This document shows positions 37,795 to 47,626 of a stretch of 64,000 nt of DNA, one piece after another. The stretch lies in contig CAWJJC010000012.1 in the NCBI GenBank assembly GCA_963843145.1, positions 160,001-224,000 of the forward strand, given 5' to 3'. The stretch comes from an uncultured delta proteobacterium. GTDB taxonomy: Bacteria; Desulfobacterota; RBG-13-43-22. The notes beneath the pieces were generated by a model. The model worked only from the letters and a program-made list of their open reading frames with translations, did not search any database and was not told the origin of the DNA. Each line of letters opens with the position of its first letter. Position 1 is the first letter of the stretch. A program made the position numbers and the translations under genes.

Positions 37795-40206
37795 TTACAA
37801 CATATCCACCGGATCCACATCCAGAATCAGTTGGACTCCGGAGCCCCTGAGGAACCGCTTGCTGTTTTCCAGAACCCAGGCGGAGACCTGATGCAGCATC
37901 CGGGGGTCTTTCCCTTTCAGTAAAATCTGCCAGCGGTACCGACCTTTGATTTTATTGATCGGAGCCGGTACCGGACCCAATAGCGTCAGGGAGGGGATCA
38001 GATTTCGTTTTTCTCTTTCCAGAGACAGCAGGATACCGATTTCCTGGGCCTTCTCTCGGACCCCCGTTTCCGGGTTGCCCTGAATAAGTATATGGACCAG
38101 CCGGGTGAAGGGGGGATATTCAAATTCACGGCGGAATTTGAGTTCCTGGCGGTAGAAACCCAGGTAATCGTGACGACGGACATATTCAAAGATATAATGA
38201 TCGGGGTTATAGGTCTGGATGAATACCTTTCCCGGATAGGGGCCCCGTCCGGCCCGGCCGGCGACCTGGGCCAAGAGCTGGAAGGTCCGCTCCCCTGATC
38301 GGAAATCCGGCCAATTGAGGGATAGATCGGCGCACAACACGCCGATCAGGGTTACTCCGGGGAAATCGTGCCCTTTGGTGATCATCTGGGTGCCGACCAG
38401 GATCTGGGTTTTTCGATCCTGAAAACGTTTGAGGATCTGGTAATGAGCATTTTTCTTGGACACCGTATCCCGGTCGAGTCGATCGATAACGGTTTCCGGG
38501 AAAAGCATTTTAAGTTCTTTTTCAACTTTTTCGGTGCCCCAGCCGATGGTTTTGATCCCCTCTCGCCCGCAGGCCGGGCAAAGAGGAAGCAAGGGCTGGT
38601 GAAAACCGCAGAGATGGCAGAGCAATTCCTGAGAAGCCGCGTGGAAGGTTAAGGAAACCGAACAGTTTCGGCAGCGGACCGGAGCTCCGCAGAGAGTGCA
38701 TAAGGTCAGCGGTTCGAACCCCCGTCGGTTTAGGAAAAAGAGGATCTGGTGTCCCGCTTCCACCTGGGTCCTGACGGCTTCCAACAAAGGAGGCGACAGC
38801 GGCGTACCCTGACGCCCTTTTCTGAACTGCTTAAGATCGATCAGGCTGATCTCAGGCATGGCCCGCTGACGAACCCGACGGGTCAACGGGAGATAAGCCA
38901 TTTTTTTCCGGTCTTGAAGGTGAAGGGTGGTCAGGGAAGGAGTGGCAGAACCCAAGACGGCTACTGCCTGGGCCAGTTGGGCCCGGACCAGGGCCAGATC
39001 CCGGGCATGGTATCTCAAGGATTCCTGCTGTTTCAAGGAGGGATCATGCTCCTCGTCCACGACGATCAACCCCAGGGCTTCCAGGGGGGCAAAAATCGCG
39101 GATCGGGTCCCCACCACGATCGGGGTTTCCCCCACTTGGATGCGCCTCCATTGATCCAATCGTTCCCTGGGGGAAAGACCGCTGTGGAGGACGGCAATTT
39201 TTTCACCAAACCGGGTACGGAACCGTCCTTCCATTTGGGGCACCAGACCGATTTCCGGTACCAGGATCAGGGCTTGACGGTTCCGGACCAGGGTATCCTC
39301 CGCCGCCCGCAAATAAACTTCCGTTTTCCCCGAACCGGTGACTCCGTGAAGAAGTAGAGACCGGTATTGCCCGTCGGACAGTGCCCGCTTTATTTTTTCC
39401 AGGGCCTGCTCCTGCTCAGCGGTCAAATCAACCGGCCTTTCTTCAACGCAAAAAATTTCCCCCAGCGGGTTTTGAATACAGGGTTGTTCCCGGATCTCCA
39501 GCAGGCCTTTCCGACACCATTGGTTTAGCCGCCGGGACGAAAGGGGGAAAAAAAGGCGCAAATCCGTTAAGGGCATTCCTTCCGGTCCTGGCAGAAAAGC
39601 ATGGAGAGGCCGATCCTTTTCAGAAAAAGCCTCCTCCGAAAAACCGGGACCGGGATAGATCCATTTGATCTTTTTGGTGCGGGTCTTCTCTTTCGACAGG
39701 TCTTTTTTTCTGCTGATCAAACCCTGGGCCTGCAACCGGGCGGCCAATTTTTTTTGTTCTACGTCCAACTTATCCCAGGGCCGCCTTTTTTGAGTAAGAT
39801 CGTTCAGTAATTCCCGCTCCAGCCGGGACAATGGGACCGTTTTAAGGGTTTCCACGCCGCGGGGGGTGATTTCAATCACCTCCCGACTATTCACGGCCAG
39901 TCCAGGGGGCAGAGCCGCTTTGATCACCTGTCCCAGAGGGTGGTGGTAATATCGGGAAATCCAGCTTAAAAAGGCCCGCAGGGAGGGACTGAAAAAGGGT
40001 TGAGGGTCGAGGATCTGTTCGATCATTTTTATGGATTGGTCGGGACCGGGGTCCGGGACCCGCTCCCAGAGATAACCGGTAACCCGTTGGTTCCGTAAGG
40101 GGACCAGGACCCGTTGCCCTATTTCCGGAGGAATAGGGGAGGGCATTGGGAGTTGATAAACATAGGGCTGGTCTAAAGGTGGGATGACTACCTGGAAAAA
40201 AGACAT
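37795..40206 (-). CDS. priA: Primosomal protein N' helicase
   Basis: GVTGSGKTEVY, DEEH, LNRRG, four CxxC motifs and GTQMITKGHDF. Confidence 0.97.
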   Translation of the reverse strand: MSFFQVVIPPLDQPYVYQLPMPSPIPPEIGQRVLVPLRNQRVTGYLWERVPDPGPDQSIKMIEQILDPQPFFSPSLRAFLSWISRYYHHPLGQVIKAALPPGLAVNSREVIEITPRGVETLKTVPLSRLERELLNDLTQKRRPWDKLDVEQKKLAARLQAQGLISRKKDLSKEKTRTKKIKWIYPGPGFSEEAFSEKDRPLHAFLPGPEGMPLTDLRLFFPLSSRRLNQWCRKGLLEIREQPCIQNPLGEIFCVEERPVDLTAEQEQALEKIKRALSDGQYRSLLLHGVTGSGKTEVYLRAAEDTLVRNRQALILVPEIGLVPQMEGRFRTRFGEKIAVLHSGLSPRERLDQWRRIQVGETPIVVGTRSAIFAPLEALGLIVVDEEHDPSLKQQESLRYHARDLALVRAQLAQAVAVLGSATPSLTTLHLQDRKKMAYLPLTRRVRQRAMPEISLIDLKQFRKGRQGTPLSPPLLEAVRTQVEAGHQILFFLNRRGFEPLTLCTLCGAPVRCRNCSVSLTFHAASQELLCHLCGFHQPLLPLCPACGREGIKTIGWGTEKVEKELKMLFPETVIDRLDRDTVSKKNAHYQILKRFQDRKTQILVGTQMITKGHDFPGVTLIGVLCADLSLNWPDFRSGERTFQLLAQVAGRAGRGPYPGKVFIQTYNPDHYIFEYVRRHDYLGFYRQELKFRREFEYPPFTRLVHILIQGNPETGVREKAQEIGILLSLEREKRNLIPSLTLLGPVPAPINKIKGRYRWQILLKGKDPRMLHQVSAWVLENSKRFLRGSGVQLILDVDPVDML

Positions 40207-40447
40207 GGGGACAGGTTTTTTACCTTTATTTATCGGATGGTTAATTGTAGCATACGGGTTGGTTAAGGTACCGTCGGTTAAAAGGACAGACCTGCAAAAT
40301 GTCTGTCATCAGAGACTAAGTGTTTCGATTCGCAAAAATGATAATGAGTGTTTTATGAGCCTAACCAGTGCAATTGCTCACTCAACACTTAGTCCCGAGT
40401 GAATAAAAACGTTATCGAATTTATGAATCGAGGGACTAAGGATTCCA

Positions 40448-41356
40448 ATGCGTTCCATTGAGCAAATCATTTCGGCCTTGGAAAAACATCATTATATAAC
40501 GGATCGGCCTCTGGCCACAGTTTTATTTCTGGCCCAGGCCCTTAAGAAACCTGTTTTTCTCGAGGGGGAGCCCGGAGTAGGGAAGACCGAGGTGGCCTTG
40601 GTGCTTTCCCGGATATTAAAAACCCGGCTGATTCGCCTTCAATGTTACGAGGGGTTGGACGTCCAGACCGCCTTGTATGAGTGGAATTACCCGAAACAGA
40701 TCTTAAGCATCCGCCTGGCGGAAGCCGCCGGCCGGGGTTCGAATGACCTGGAAAAACATATTTTTAGCGAGGAATTTCTGATAAAGAGGCCCTTGCTCGA
40801 AGCGATTCTCAGTTCGGAACCCCGACCGCCGGTCCTCTTGATCGACGAACTGGACCGGGCTGACGAAGAATTCGAAGCTTTTTTGTTGGAAATACTTTCC
40901 GATTTCCAGGTATCTATCCCCGAAATCGGGACCCTCAAGGCCAAAAAGCGTCCTTGGGTGATCATTACCTCCAATCGGACCAGGGATATCCACGACGCCC
41001 TTAAGCGGCGGTGTCTCTACCACTGGATTGAGTACCCATCGATGGAAAAGGAATTTCAGATCATCCTCTCCCGCATACCTAAGATCGACCACTCCCTGGC
41101 AGGGAAAATCGCCCGGTTTATGTCCAGGCTGCGCAGCCAGGATCTTCAAAAAATGCCGGGGATCTCCGAGAGTCTCGACTGGGCCTGGGCCCTGATTCAC
41201 TTGCACAAGCCGACCCTGGATGAACAAACCGTGGAAGAAACGTTGGGCTGTATCCTGAAATACCAGGAGGACCAACGTTTTTTTCGGGAAAAAGTGCTGG
41301 GGGATGAAGGACGGCGGCAAGCCTTTTTTGGCACCGATGCCGGGGCCCCGGGTTAA
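40448..41356 (+). CDS. CoxD-like MoxR AAA+ ATPase
   Basis: EGEPGVGKT, RLQCYEGLD, LIDELDRADEEFEA and DALKRRC. Confidence 0.9.
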   Translation: MRSIEQIISALEKHHYITDRPLATVLFLAQALKKPVFLEGEPGVGKTEVALVLSRILKTRLIRLQCYEGLDVQTALYEWNYPKQILSIRLAEAAGRGSNDLEKHIFSEEFLIKRPLLEAILSSEPRPPVLLIDELDRADEEFEAFLLEILSDFQVSIPEIGTLKAKKRPWVIITSNRTRDIHDALKRRCLYHWIEYPSMEKEFQIILSRIPKIDHSLAGKIARFMSRLRSQDLQKMPGISESLDWAWALIHLHKPTLDEQTVEETLGCILKYQEDQRFFREKVLGDEGRRQAFFGTDAGAPG

Positions 41357-42512
41357 CCCGCCCGGATGCGCCGGACCGGGTCCTCTGCCCGGGGTCCTGA
41401 ACCAAGAGCGGCTCTCCGGCAGGGTCCATCGTTTTGGCCGCCGTTTGAAATCCTTGGGCATACCGGTGACCCTTTCCGGGATCCGAGATGCCCTGCGTTC
41501 TCTGCTCTATGTGGATATAACCCGAAAAGCCGATTTCGAGATCGCCCTGCGGGCCAATTTAATTTTCCGAAAGGAGGATCTGGGTCTTTTCGAGGCCGAA
41601 TTCGATCATTTCTGGTATTCCCTGGAAATCCCGGAAGAACAGAGGCCCAGCGAGGAGTCCGGGATCGGCCCCAGCCTTTGGCCGGCAGATCGAGGGATGG
41701 GGGAGGAAGAATTGTGCGCCGTCGAAGAGAAGACCGGAGGTCTTTTTAGCCGGGCCGAGGTGCTGGCCGAAAAAGATTTCCGGGCCTGGGAGGAGGACGA
41801 CTGGCAGGAGGTCTTCCGCTGGGTGCAGCATTGGATCCGTCCGTTGATTAAACGCCATTCCCTTCGTTTTCGATCCTCCCATCGCGGATCGAGGCTCGAA
41901 ATCCGAAAAATGCTTCGCCGGAGCCTGCGGGTGGGGGGGGATTTGACGGCCCTGGCCTATCGCCGGAAGAAAATCAAACCGCGGCGGTTGATTTTTCTGG
42001 CCGATGTGAGCGGGTCCATGGAGCAGTACGGACGGTATTTCTTTCTTTTTCTGCAGGCCTGGCTGCAGGACCGTTTTCCGGTGGAGGTTTTTGCCTTTTC
42101 TACCCGTTTGACCTATTTAACCCCTTTGATTAAATCAAAAAAGAGGGAAGAGGTGAGGGAGATCGTTTCCGCTCACGTCCCTCAATGGTCAAGCGGAACC
42201 CGGATCGGGGAGTCTTTAGGGCAGTTTTTTCGGATTTACGGCAAAAAACTTTTGGGGACCCGAAGTCTGGTCCTGATTTTCAGTGACGGCTGGGACTTGG
42301 GGGAGACGGAGGTATTGCGGGAGGCCATGCGTAGAATTCACCGGCGGTCTCATAAGATCCTCTGGTTGAATCCTCTGATGGGGTGCGCCGATTACCAACC
42401 CATCTGCCGGGGCATGGCCGCGGCCCTACCCTGGGTGGATCGCTTGCTTCCGGCCCATAACTTAAACGCCCTGGTGGGAATCGTGGAGACGGTAGAGGAG
42501 TTGGCGGTCTAA
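41304..42512 (+). CDS. CoxE-like VWA protein (start uncertain)
   Basis: DVSGSM, FSTRLT, GTRIG, SDGWD and WLNP motifs. Confidence 0.88.
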   Translation: MKDGGKPFLAPMPGPRVNPPGCAGPGPLPGVLNQERLSGRVHRFGRRLKSLGIPVTLSGIRDALRSLLYVDITRKADFEIALRANLIFRKEDLGLFEAEFDHFWYSLEIPEEQRPSEESGIGPSLWPADRGMGEEELCAVEEKTGGLFSRAEVLAEKDFRAWEEDDWQEVFRWVQHWIRPLIKRHSLRFRSSHRGSRLEIRKMLRRSLRVGGDLTALAYRRKKIKPRRLIFLADVSGSMEQYGRYFFLFLQAWLQDRFPVEVFAFSTRLTYLTPLIKSKKREEVREIVSAHVPQWSSGTRIGESLGQFFRIYGKKLLGTRSLVLIFSDGWDLGETEVLREAMRRIHRRSHKILWLNPLMGCADYQPICRGMAAALPWVDRLLPAHNLNALVGIVETVEELAV

Positions 42513-42522
42513 GTTACCCCTG

Positions 42523-43716
42523 TTGGACAGCAGGGCGGAACGACCAGAAAAACCGGATTGGAAAATGACCTTGAAGAGACCGCTTCATGTTTGTTATTTT
42601 GGGACCTATCGGGCCGGGTATTCTCGCAATCAAATTTTAATTGAGGGACTGCGCAGAAACGGGGTAAAGGTTACCGAATGCCAGCAATCGCTTTGGCGGG
42701 GCATTGAGGACCGGATAAAGGTCATCGGCGGGGGGTGGAGTAATCCTAAATTTTGGGGGAGGGTCATCCAGACCTATTTTCGATTACTGATCAAGTATTC
42801 AAGAATACCGGATTACGATCTTCTGATGGTCGGGTATCCGGGTCAATTTGATGTCTTTCTTGCCCGAATTCTTTCCCTCTTGAAGGGAAGGCCTTTAGGC
42901 TGGGACGTATTCATGTCCATTTACTTAATCGCCCTGGAGCGGGGCCTGGGCAGGAAACACCCCAGGATCCTCAAGATATTGCGGCGGATAGAAGGTTGGG
43001 CCTTGCGGTTGCCCCACCTTTTAGTCATAGACACCCGGGACTATGCCCTCTGGATGCAGGAGACCCATGGGATGAAGGCCGACCGTTTTAGTCTGGTTCC
43101 AACCGGGGCGGATGATCGAATATTCCATCGGCGGGCGATTCCCCCCAAAACGGACCGGTCTTTCCTGGTGCTGTATTACGGGACCTTCATCCCCAATCAC
43201 GGGGTGGAATTCATCGTTGAGGCGGCTTATCTATTAAGGGAGCAGGAAGGCCTGCGATTCGAATTCATCGGGGATGGACCGGACCGGCCAAGGGTTCGGG
43301 AGCAGGCCCTAAAGTACCGATTAAAGAACCTGTCCTTTGTCGATTGGTTGGATAAAGAAGCGTTGGTCCTCAGAATTCACCAGGCTGATATCTGCCTGGG
43401 AGCCTTTGGGACGACACCCCAGTCGATCATGACCGTACAGAATAAGATCTATGAAGGGCTGGCCATGGCCAAGCCGGTAATTACCGGGGATTCGCCGGCG
43501 GTCCGCCGGAACCTGACCCATGGTGAGGACATCTGGGTCTGCCCGCGGGCGGACCCGCAGGCCCTGGCGGAAGCGATTCGGACACTCTGCACCAACCCGG
43601 CCCTGGCCGAGCAATTAGCGGAAAGGGGGCAGGAGACATTTATAAACACCTATGACTTGAAGCATATCGGTCAAACCCTCTCCCGGGCCATTGAAAGAGA
43701 GATCCGTTCCCAATGA
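42523..43716 (+). CDS. Glycosyltransferase family 4
   Basis: YYGTFIPNHG and NKIYEGLAMAKPVI; the true start may be the downstream ATG (MTLKRP). Confidence 0.85.
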   Translation: MDSRAERPEKPDWKMTLKRPLHVCYFGTYRAGYSRNQILIEGLRRNGVKVTECQQSLWRGIEDRIKVIGGGWSNPKFWGRVIQTYFRLLIKYSRIPDYDLLMVGYPGQFDVFLARILSLLKGRPLGWDVFMSIYLIALERGLGRKHPRILKILRRIEGWALRLPHLLVIDTRDYALWMQETHGMKADRFSLVPTGADDRIFHRRAIPPKTDRSFLVLYYGTFIPNHGVEFIVEAAYLLREQEGLRFEFIGDGPDRPRVREQALKYRLKNLSFVDWLDKEALVLRIHQADICLGAFGTTPQSIMTVQNKIYEGLAMAKPVITGDSPAVRRNLTHGEDIWVCPRADPQALAEAIRTLCTNPALAEQLAERGQETFINTYDLKHIGQTLSRAIEREIRSQ

Positions 43717-44690
43717 AAGGTTGGTCTGAAGCTTTTATGGGCCAGAGAGCAATAGCCCTGAAGGGGCGCCCTTCCTCCGTAACTCCACTGGTCTCGGCCG
43801 TGATCGTAAATTGGAACCGGGGGGAGGATACGTTGGAGTGCCTTCATTCACTGGAACGGCAAACCTATCCGCGAATGGCTATTATTGTGGTCGATAACGG
43901 ATCCGAGGATGGTTCGCCGGTGTCGATCCAACGAAATTTCCCTGAAGTGGAATTGATTGGCCTGAGCCGCAACACCGGATTTGCGGGCGGGTTTAACCGG
44001 GGTATTGAAAGAGCCCTTTCCCAAGGCGGGGATTATATTTTAATCTTGAATAACGACACGGTCTCCGATCGACTGATGGTTGAAAAATTAGTGGGCAGCA
44101 TTCGGCCGGGGGTCGGCGTTGCCTTTCCAAAAATATATTATTATGATGATCCCGAACGCATCTGGTCGGTAGGCGCCCAGCGTCAGTTCCTGACCTTGGA
44201 GATGACCGATCAAGCGACCGGGCAAATGGATCGGGGACAATGGGATGAAATTCAGGAAAGGGATTATGTAACCGGTTGCGCTCTCCTGATTCCGCGGGAG
44301 GTATTTGAGAAAGTCGGATTATTTGATGAACGGTATTTTGCCTATTATGAGGATTTGGATTTTTCTTTCCGAGTAACTGAGGCCGGATTTGGGATGTTAT
44401 TGGTTCCGGAAGCCCGTCTCTGGCATAAGGTGGCCCAAACCAGTGGAGGCTTGGATTCACCGCTGGAACGTTACCTCATGGCCAAGGGAAGCGTGCTGTT
44501 CTTTGGCCGGCACGGCGGGGGCTGGCGTCGCCTTTTTATTGTCCCCTACCGACTGGGAAGCGCCGCCAAGACCACGTTTAAGTTGCTGGCCCGTCGAAAA
44601 TTCAAGTCGGTTCAGGCCTATTGGAAGGGGTTGTTCGAGGGCCTAAAATTGGTTTTCCAGGGCAACCAGAATGAATTCGAAAGCGGATGA
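43713..44690 (+). CDS. Glycosyltransferase family 2
   Basis: IVNWN, VVDNGS, N.GFAGG.N, LNND and GLFDERYFAYYED. Confidence 0.9.
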   Translation: MKGWSEAFMGQRAIALKGRPSSVTPLVSAVIVNWNRGEDTLECLHSLERQTYPRMAIIVVDNGSEDGSPVSIQRNFPEVELIGLSRNTGFAGGFNRGIERALSQGGDYILILNNDTVSDRLMVEKLVGSIRPGVGVAFPKIYYYDDPERIWSVGAQRQFLTLEMTDQATGQMDRGQWDEIQERDYVTGCALLIPREVFEKVGLFDERYFAYYEDLDFSFRVTEAGFGMLLVPEARLWHKVAQTSGGLDSPLERYLMAKGSVLFFGRHGGGWRRLFIVPYRLGSAAKTTFKLLARRKFKSVQAYWKGLFEGLKLVFQGNQNEFESG

Positions 44691-45871
44691 AAAGGCCGAT
44701 TAAGCTATTGTTGATAGTTTTTAACCAGGCGGGGAAGGGAACCTATTGGCGGGCCTTCCATTGGGGCAGAATGCTTGCCCGTTGGGGGCATGAGGTCACC
44801 TTAATGGCCACCGCTCCGCAGGCCAGGTTTTTCTTTCGCCTAAGCCAACCGGCGGGTCTCCGTTTGGTGGAAACCCCCGATCTTTTTTCAGGGGCTTTGC
44901 GTTCCGGATGGGATCCCTGGAATACGTTGAAGCGGATCGCCTGGCTCGGACGAGAGGACTTTGATCTGGTCCATGCCTTCGAGGGAAGGCCGGTGGTCCT
45001 GTTCCCGGCCTTGTTTGAAAAGAAAAGAGGGGCCAAGTTGATCATGGACTGGTGCGACTGGTTTGGACGCGGCGGGTCGGTCGAGGAGAGACCCCAGCCC
45101 CTGGTCAGGTGGCTGCTACGGCCGATAGAGACCCATTTTGAAGAGGCTTACCGGCGTCGGGCGGATGGAACAACGGTGATCAATGCCTTACTGAGGGAAA
45201 AGGCCATTGGGTTGGGCGTGGACCCGGCCACCATTTTGTTGATTCAAAACGGCTCGGATCCGGGCAGACCACAGCAGCTTCGGGAAGAAGCGAGAAAAAA
45301 AATCGGCTGGGGAAAAGAAGGACAATTGATCGGTTTTGTGGGCGGGACTTTCTCCGAAGATGCCCGATTCATGGCGGAGGCCTTCAATCGGGTCATTGCT
45401 CAAAACAACAAGGTGAAGTTGTTATTGATCGGGTATTTTAATCGGGAAATTGAAAAGGGATTGACCGATCCCTCCAAAGTGGTCAGGACGGGTCGCTTAC
45501 CCTATGATCGAGTCTTTGATTATTTGTCCGCCTGCGATATCTGCTGGTTGCCGTTGTGCGATAACAGCGCCAATCGTGGGCGCTGGCCGCTGAAGTTCAA
45601 TGACTATCTGACCGTTGGGCGACCGGTGGTGGCTACCGATGTGGGGAATCTGAGGGAAGTCATTGAACGTCATCAGGTGGGATTGGTCACCGGGAATCGT
45701 TCCGCTGATTTCGCCCAAAGGACGTTGGAATTATTGGAACAGCCCACGCTGCAGGAAGAATTGGGCAAAAAAGCGAGGGTGGCCGCAGAGACGGCATTCA
45801 GTTGGGAAAAGATGACTCGGGATCTGGAATCGTTTTATTTAAGGATTTTAGATAAGGCCGGACCGAACTAA
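44687..45871 (+). CDS. Glycosyltransferase family 4
   Basis: GHEVT, PLKFNDYL..GRPVVATDVG and FSWE. Confidence 0.85.
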   Translation: MKRPIKLLLIVFNQAGKGTYWRAFHWGRMLARWGHEVTLMATAPQARFFFRLSQPAGLRLVETPDLFSGALRSGWDPWNTLKRIAWLGREDFDLVHAFEGRPVVLFPALFEKKRGAKLIMDWCDWFGRGGSVEERPQPLVRWLLRPIETHFEEAYRRRADGTTVINALLREKAIGLGVDPATILLIQNGSDPGRPQQLREEARKKIGWGKEGQLIGFVGGTFSEDARFMAEAFNRVIAQNNKVKLLLIGYFNREIEKGLTDPSKVVRTGRLPYDRVFDYLSACDICWLPLCDNSANRGRWPLKFNDYLTVGRPVVATDVGNLREVIERHQVGLVTGNRSADFAQRTLELLEQPTLQEELGKKARVAAETAFSWEKMTRDLESFYLRILDKAGPN

Positions 45872-46822
45872 ATGGAATCCACTGCTTGTCCTATTTGTGC
45901 CGCTGACGATTTCGAAGCGGTCTTTGAAGGCCCCGATTGGATTTCCCATTTGCCCGGATTATTTCGAATGGTTCATTGTCTCCGTTGCGGGCTGTATTAC
46001 CTCAATCCCCGTCCGGACCAAAATGAAATTCACCGTTTTTATCCCAATGATTATCTGGCCTTCCAGCAATCTATCGAGGAAGAAAACGGTTTCCTGAAAA
46101 GAGTGGACCGGCGCTACGGAATCTATAAACGGGTCCGATCGGTCATTAAAGTCCTGCCAGGACCCGGGAGAATTCTGGACATCGGCTGCGCCACGGGTTT
46201 GTTTCTTTCGGGGATGAGGGAGCGGGGCTGGGAAGCCCTGGGGATTGAACTGAATGAACAGGCGGCGGCCTATGCCCGAGATCGGATGGGACTCAATATT
46301 ATTACCGGGGATCTTCTGGCGGCGGATCTTCCCAGTCATTATTTTGACGTGATAACCCTCTGGGACGTCCTGGAACACCTGCCCGATCCTTTGCCGGTCC
46401 TCAAAAAATTGTCGGAAATTATCCGCCCGGGCGGCCTGCTGCTCCTCAACCTGCCGAACCCTGAAAGCTGGGAGGCCAGGCGGTTTGGCCCCCTCTGGAT
46501 CGGCTGGGACCTGCCCCGGCACCTTAACCTTTTCCCCCTGCCGCTATTGACCTCTTTGCTGGAAAAGGTCGGATTTGCACGCCCCAAGGTCAAATCACTG
46601 ACGGGAAATCATTTCGTACTTAAGTTCAGCCTCGGTCTGGTCCTGAATGAGAAGATCCCTCACCGGGCGGCGGCCTTGAAGATGCTCAGGCTGTTGATAA
46701 ACTCCCCTCTGTCGCGACTGGTCGCCTTTCCGCTGTATGCCCTGTCGGATCCCCTCAAGCTGGGGAGTTGTCTGGCCCTGTTTTCCCGGTTTGAAGCCGG
46801 ATCTAATGCTGGGGGTAAATAA
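45872..46822 (+). CDS. Class I SAM methyltransferase with N-terminal Zn motif
   Basis: CPIC..C.RCGL, LDIGCATG and DVLEHL.DP. Confidence 0.88.
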   Translation: MESTACPICAADDFEAVFEGPDWISHLPGLFRMVHCLRCGLYYLNPRPDQNEIHRFYPNDYLAFQQSIEEENGFLKRVDRRYGIYKRVRSVIKVLPGPGRILDIGCATGLFLSGMRERGWEALGIELNEQAAAYARDRMGLNIITGDLLAADLPSHYFDVITLWDVLEHLPDPLPVLKKLSEIIRPGGLLLLNLPNPESWEARRFGPLWIGWDLPRHLNLFPLPLLTSLLEKVGFARPKVKSLTGNHFVLKFSLGLVLNEKIPHRAAALKMLRLLINSPLSRLVAFPLYALSDPLKLGSCLALFSRFEAGSNAGGK

Positions 46823-47548
46823 ATGCTGGAAATTCGCCTGACGGAACATGGGAATACCAAAGAGGAATATGAAAAAATCTATGCGGACGAAGGAATCTGC
46901 CATCTGGATTCTTTTTATAAATGGCTGCTGGGGCATTTGGCGCCCCAACCGGGGAAGATGTTCTTAGACGTAGCCTGCGGAGAGGGCCGCTTATCCGGAT
47001 GGGCCCAGGCCCGGGGATTAAAGAGCCACGGTGTCGATTTCTCGGAGGGGGCCGCTCGCCTCGCTTCCTCCGGGTGCAGGGGGTCTTTCACCGTGGGGGA
47101 CGGGGAAGCCCTTCCCTACAAGAGCGGCACTTTCGATTATATCACCAGCATCGGCAGCCTGGAGCATTACCTGGACCCTTTAAAAGGTATTGAAGAGATT
47201 GTCCGGCTTTTGGCCCCGAAGGGACAGGCGTTGATTTTATTGCCGAACACCTTCGGTGTCATGCACAATGTCTGGACTGCCTTACGTACCGGCAGACCCG
47301 CTATGGATAAACAGCCCATCCAACGGTACGCCACGGTTAGGGAATGGGAAGAACTGCTGATCCAGGGTGGTCTGCGCGTCACGAGGACTTTCAAATATGA
47401 ACGGGAATTTCCGACTTCCTGGAAAGACGCCTGGTGGTATCTGGGGCATCGAAAAAATCTGGTTCGGTTGCTTTTGACCCCCGTGATTCCTCTTAATTGG
47501 GCGTGTTGTTTTGTATATAAATGTCTGAAGGACGACAAGAATCCATGA
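46823..47548 (+). CDS. Class I SAM methyltransferase
   Basis: LDVACGEG, GDGEALPY..GTFD and GSLEH. Confidence 0.88.
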   Translation: MLEIRLTEHGNTKEEYEKIYADEGICHLDSFYKWLLGHLAPQPGKMFLDVACGEGRLSGWAQARGLKSHGVDFSEGAARLASSGCRGSFTVGDGEALPYKSGTFDYITSIGSLEHYLDPLKGIEEIVRLLAPKGQALILLPNTFGVMHNVWTALRTGRPAMDKQPIQRYATVREWEELLIQGGLRVTRTFKYEREFPTSWKDAWWYLGHRKNLVRLLLTPVIPLNWACCFVYKCLKDDKNP

Positions 47549-47563
47549 GGAGTTAGCTGAAAC

Positions 47564-47600
47564 AAAAAAAGGCGTCCTGGTAAGGGACGCCCTTTTTTGT
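47564..47600. terminator. Bidirectional Rho-independent terminator
   Basis: A7-GGCGTCCT-GGTA-AGGGACGCCC-T6 between convergent genes. Confidence 0.75.
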
Positions 47601-47626
47601 GTTTCGGGAAAGAGCCCGGCTATTAA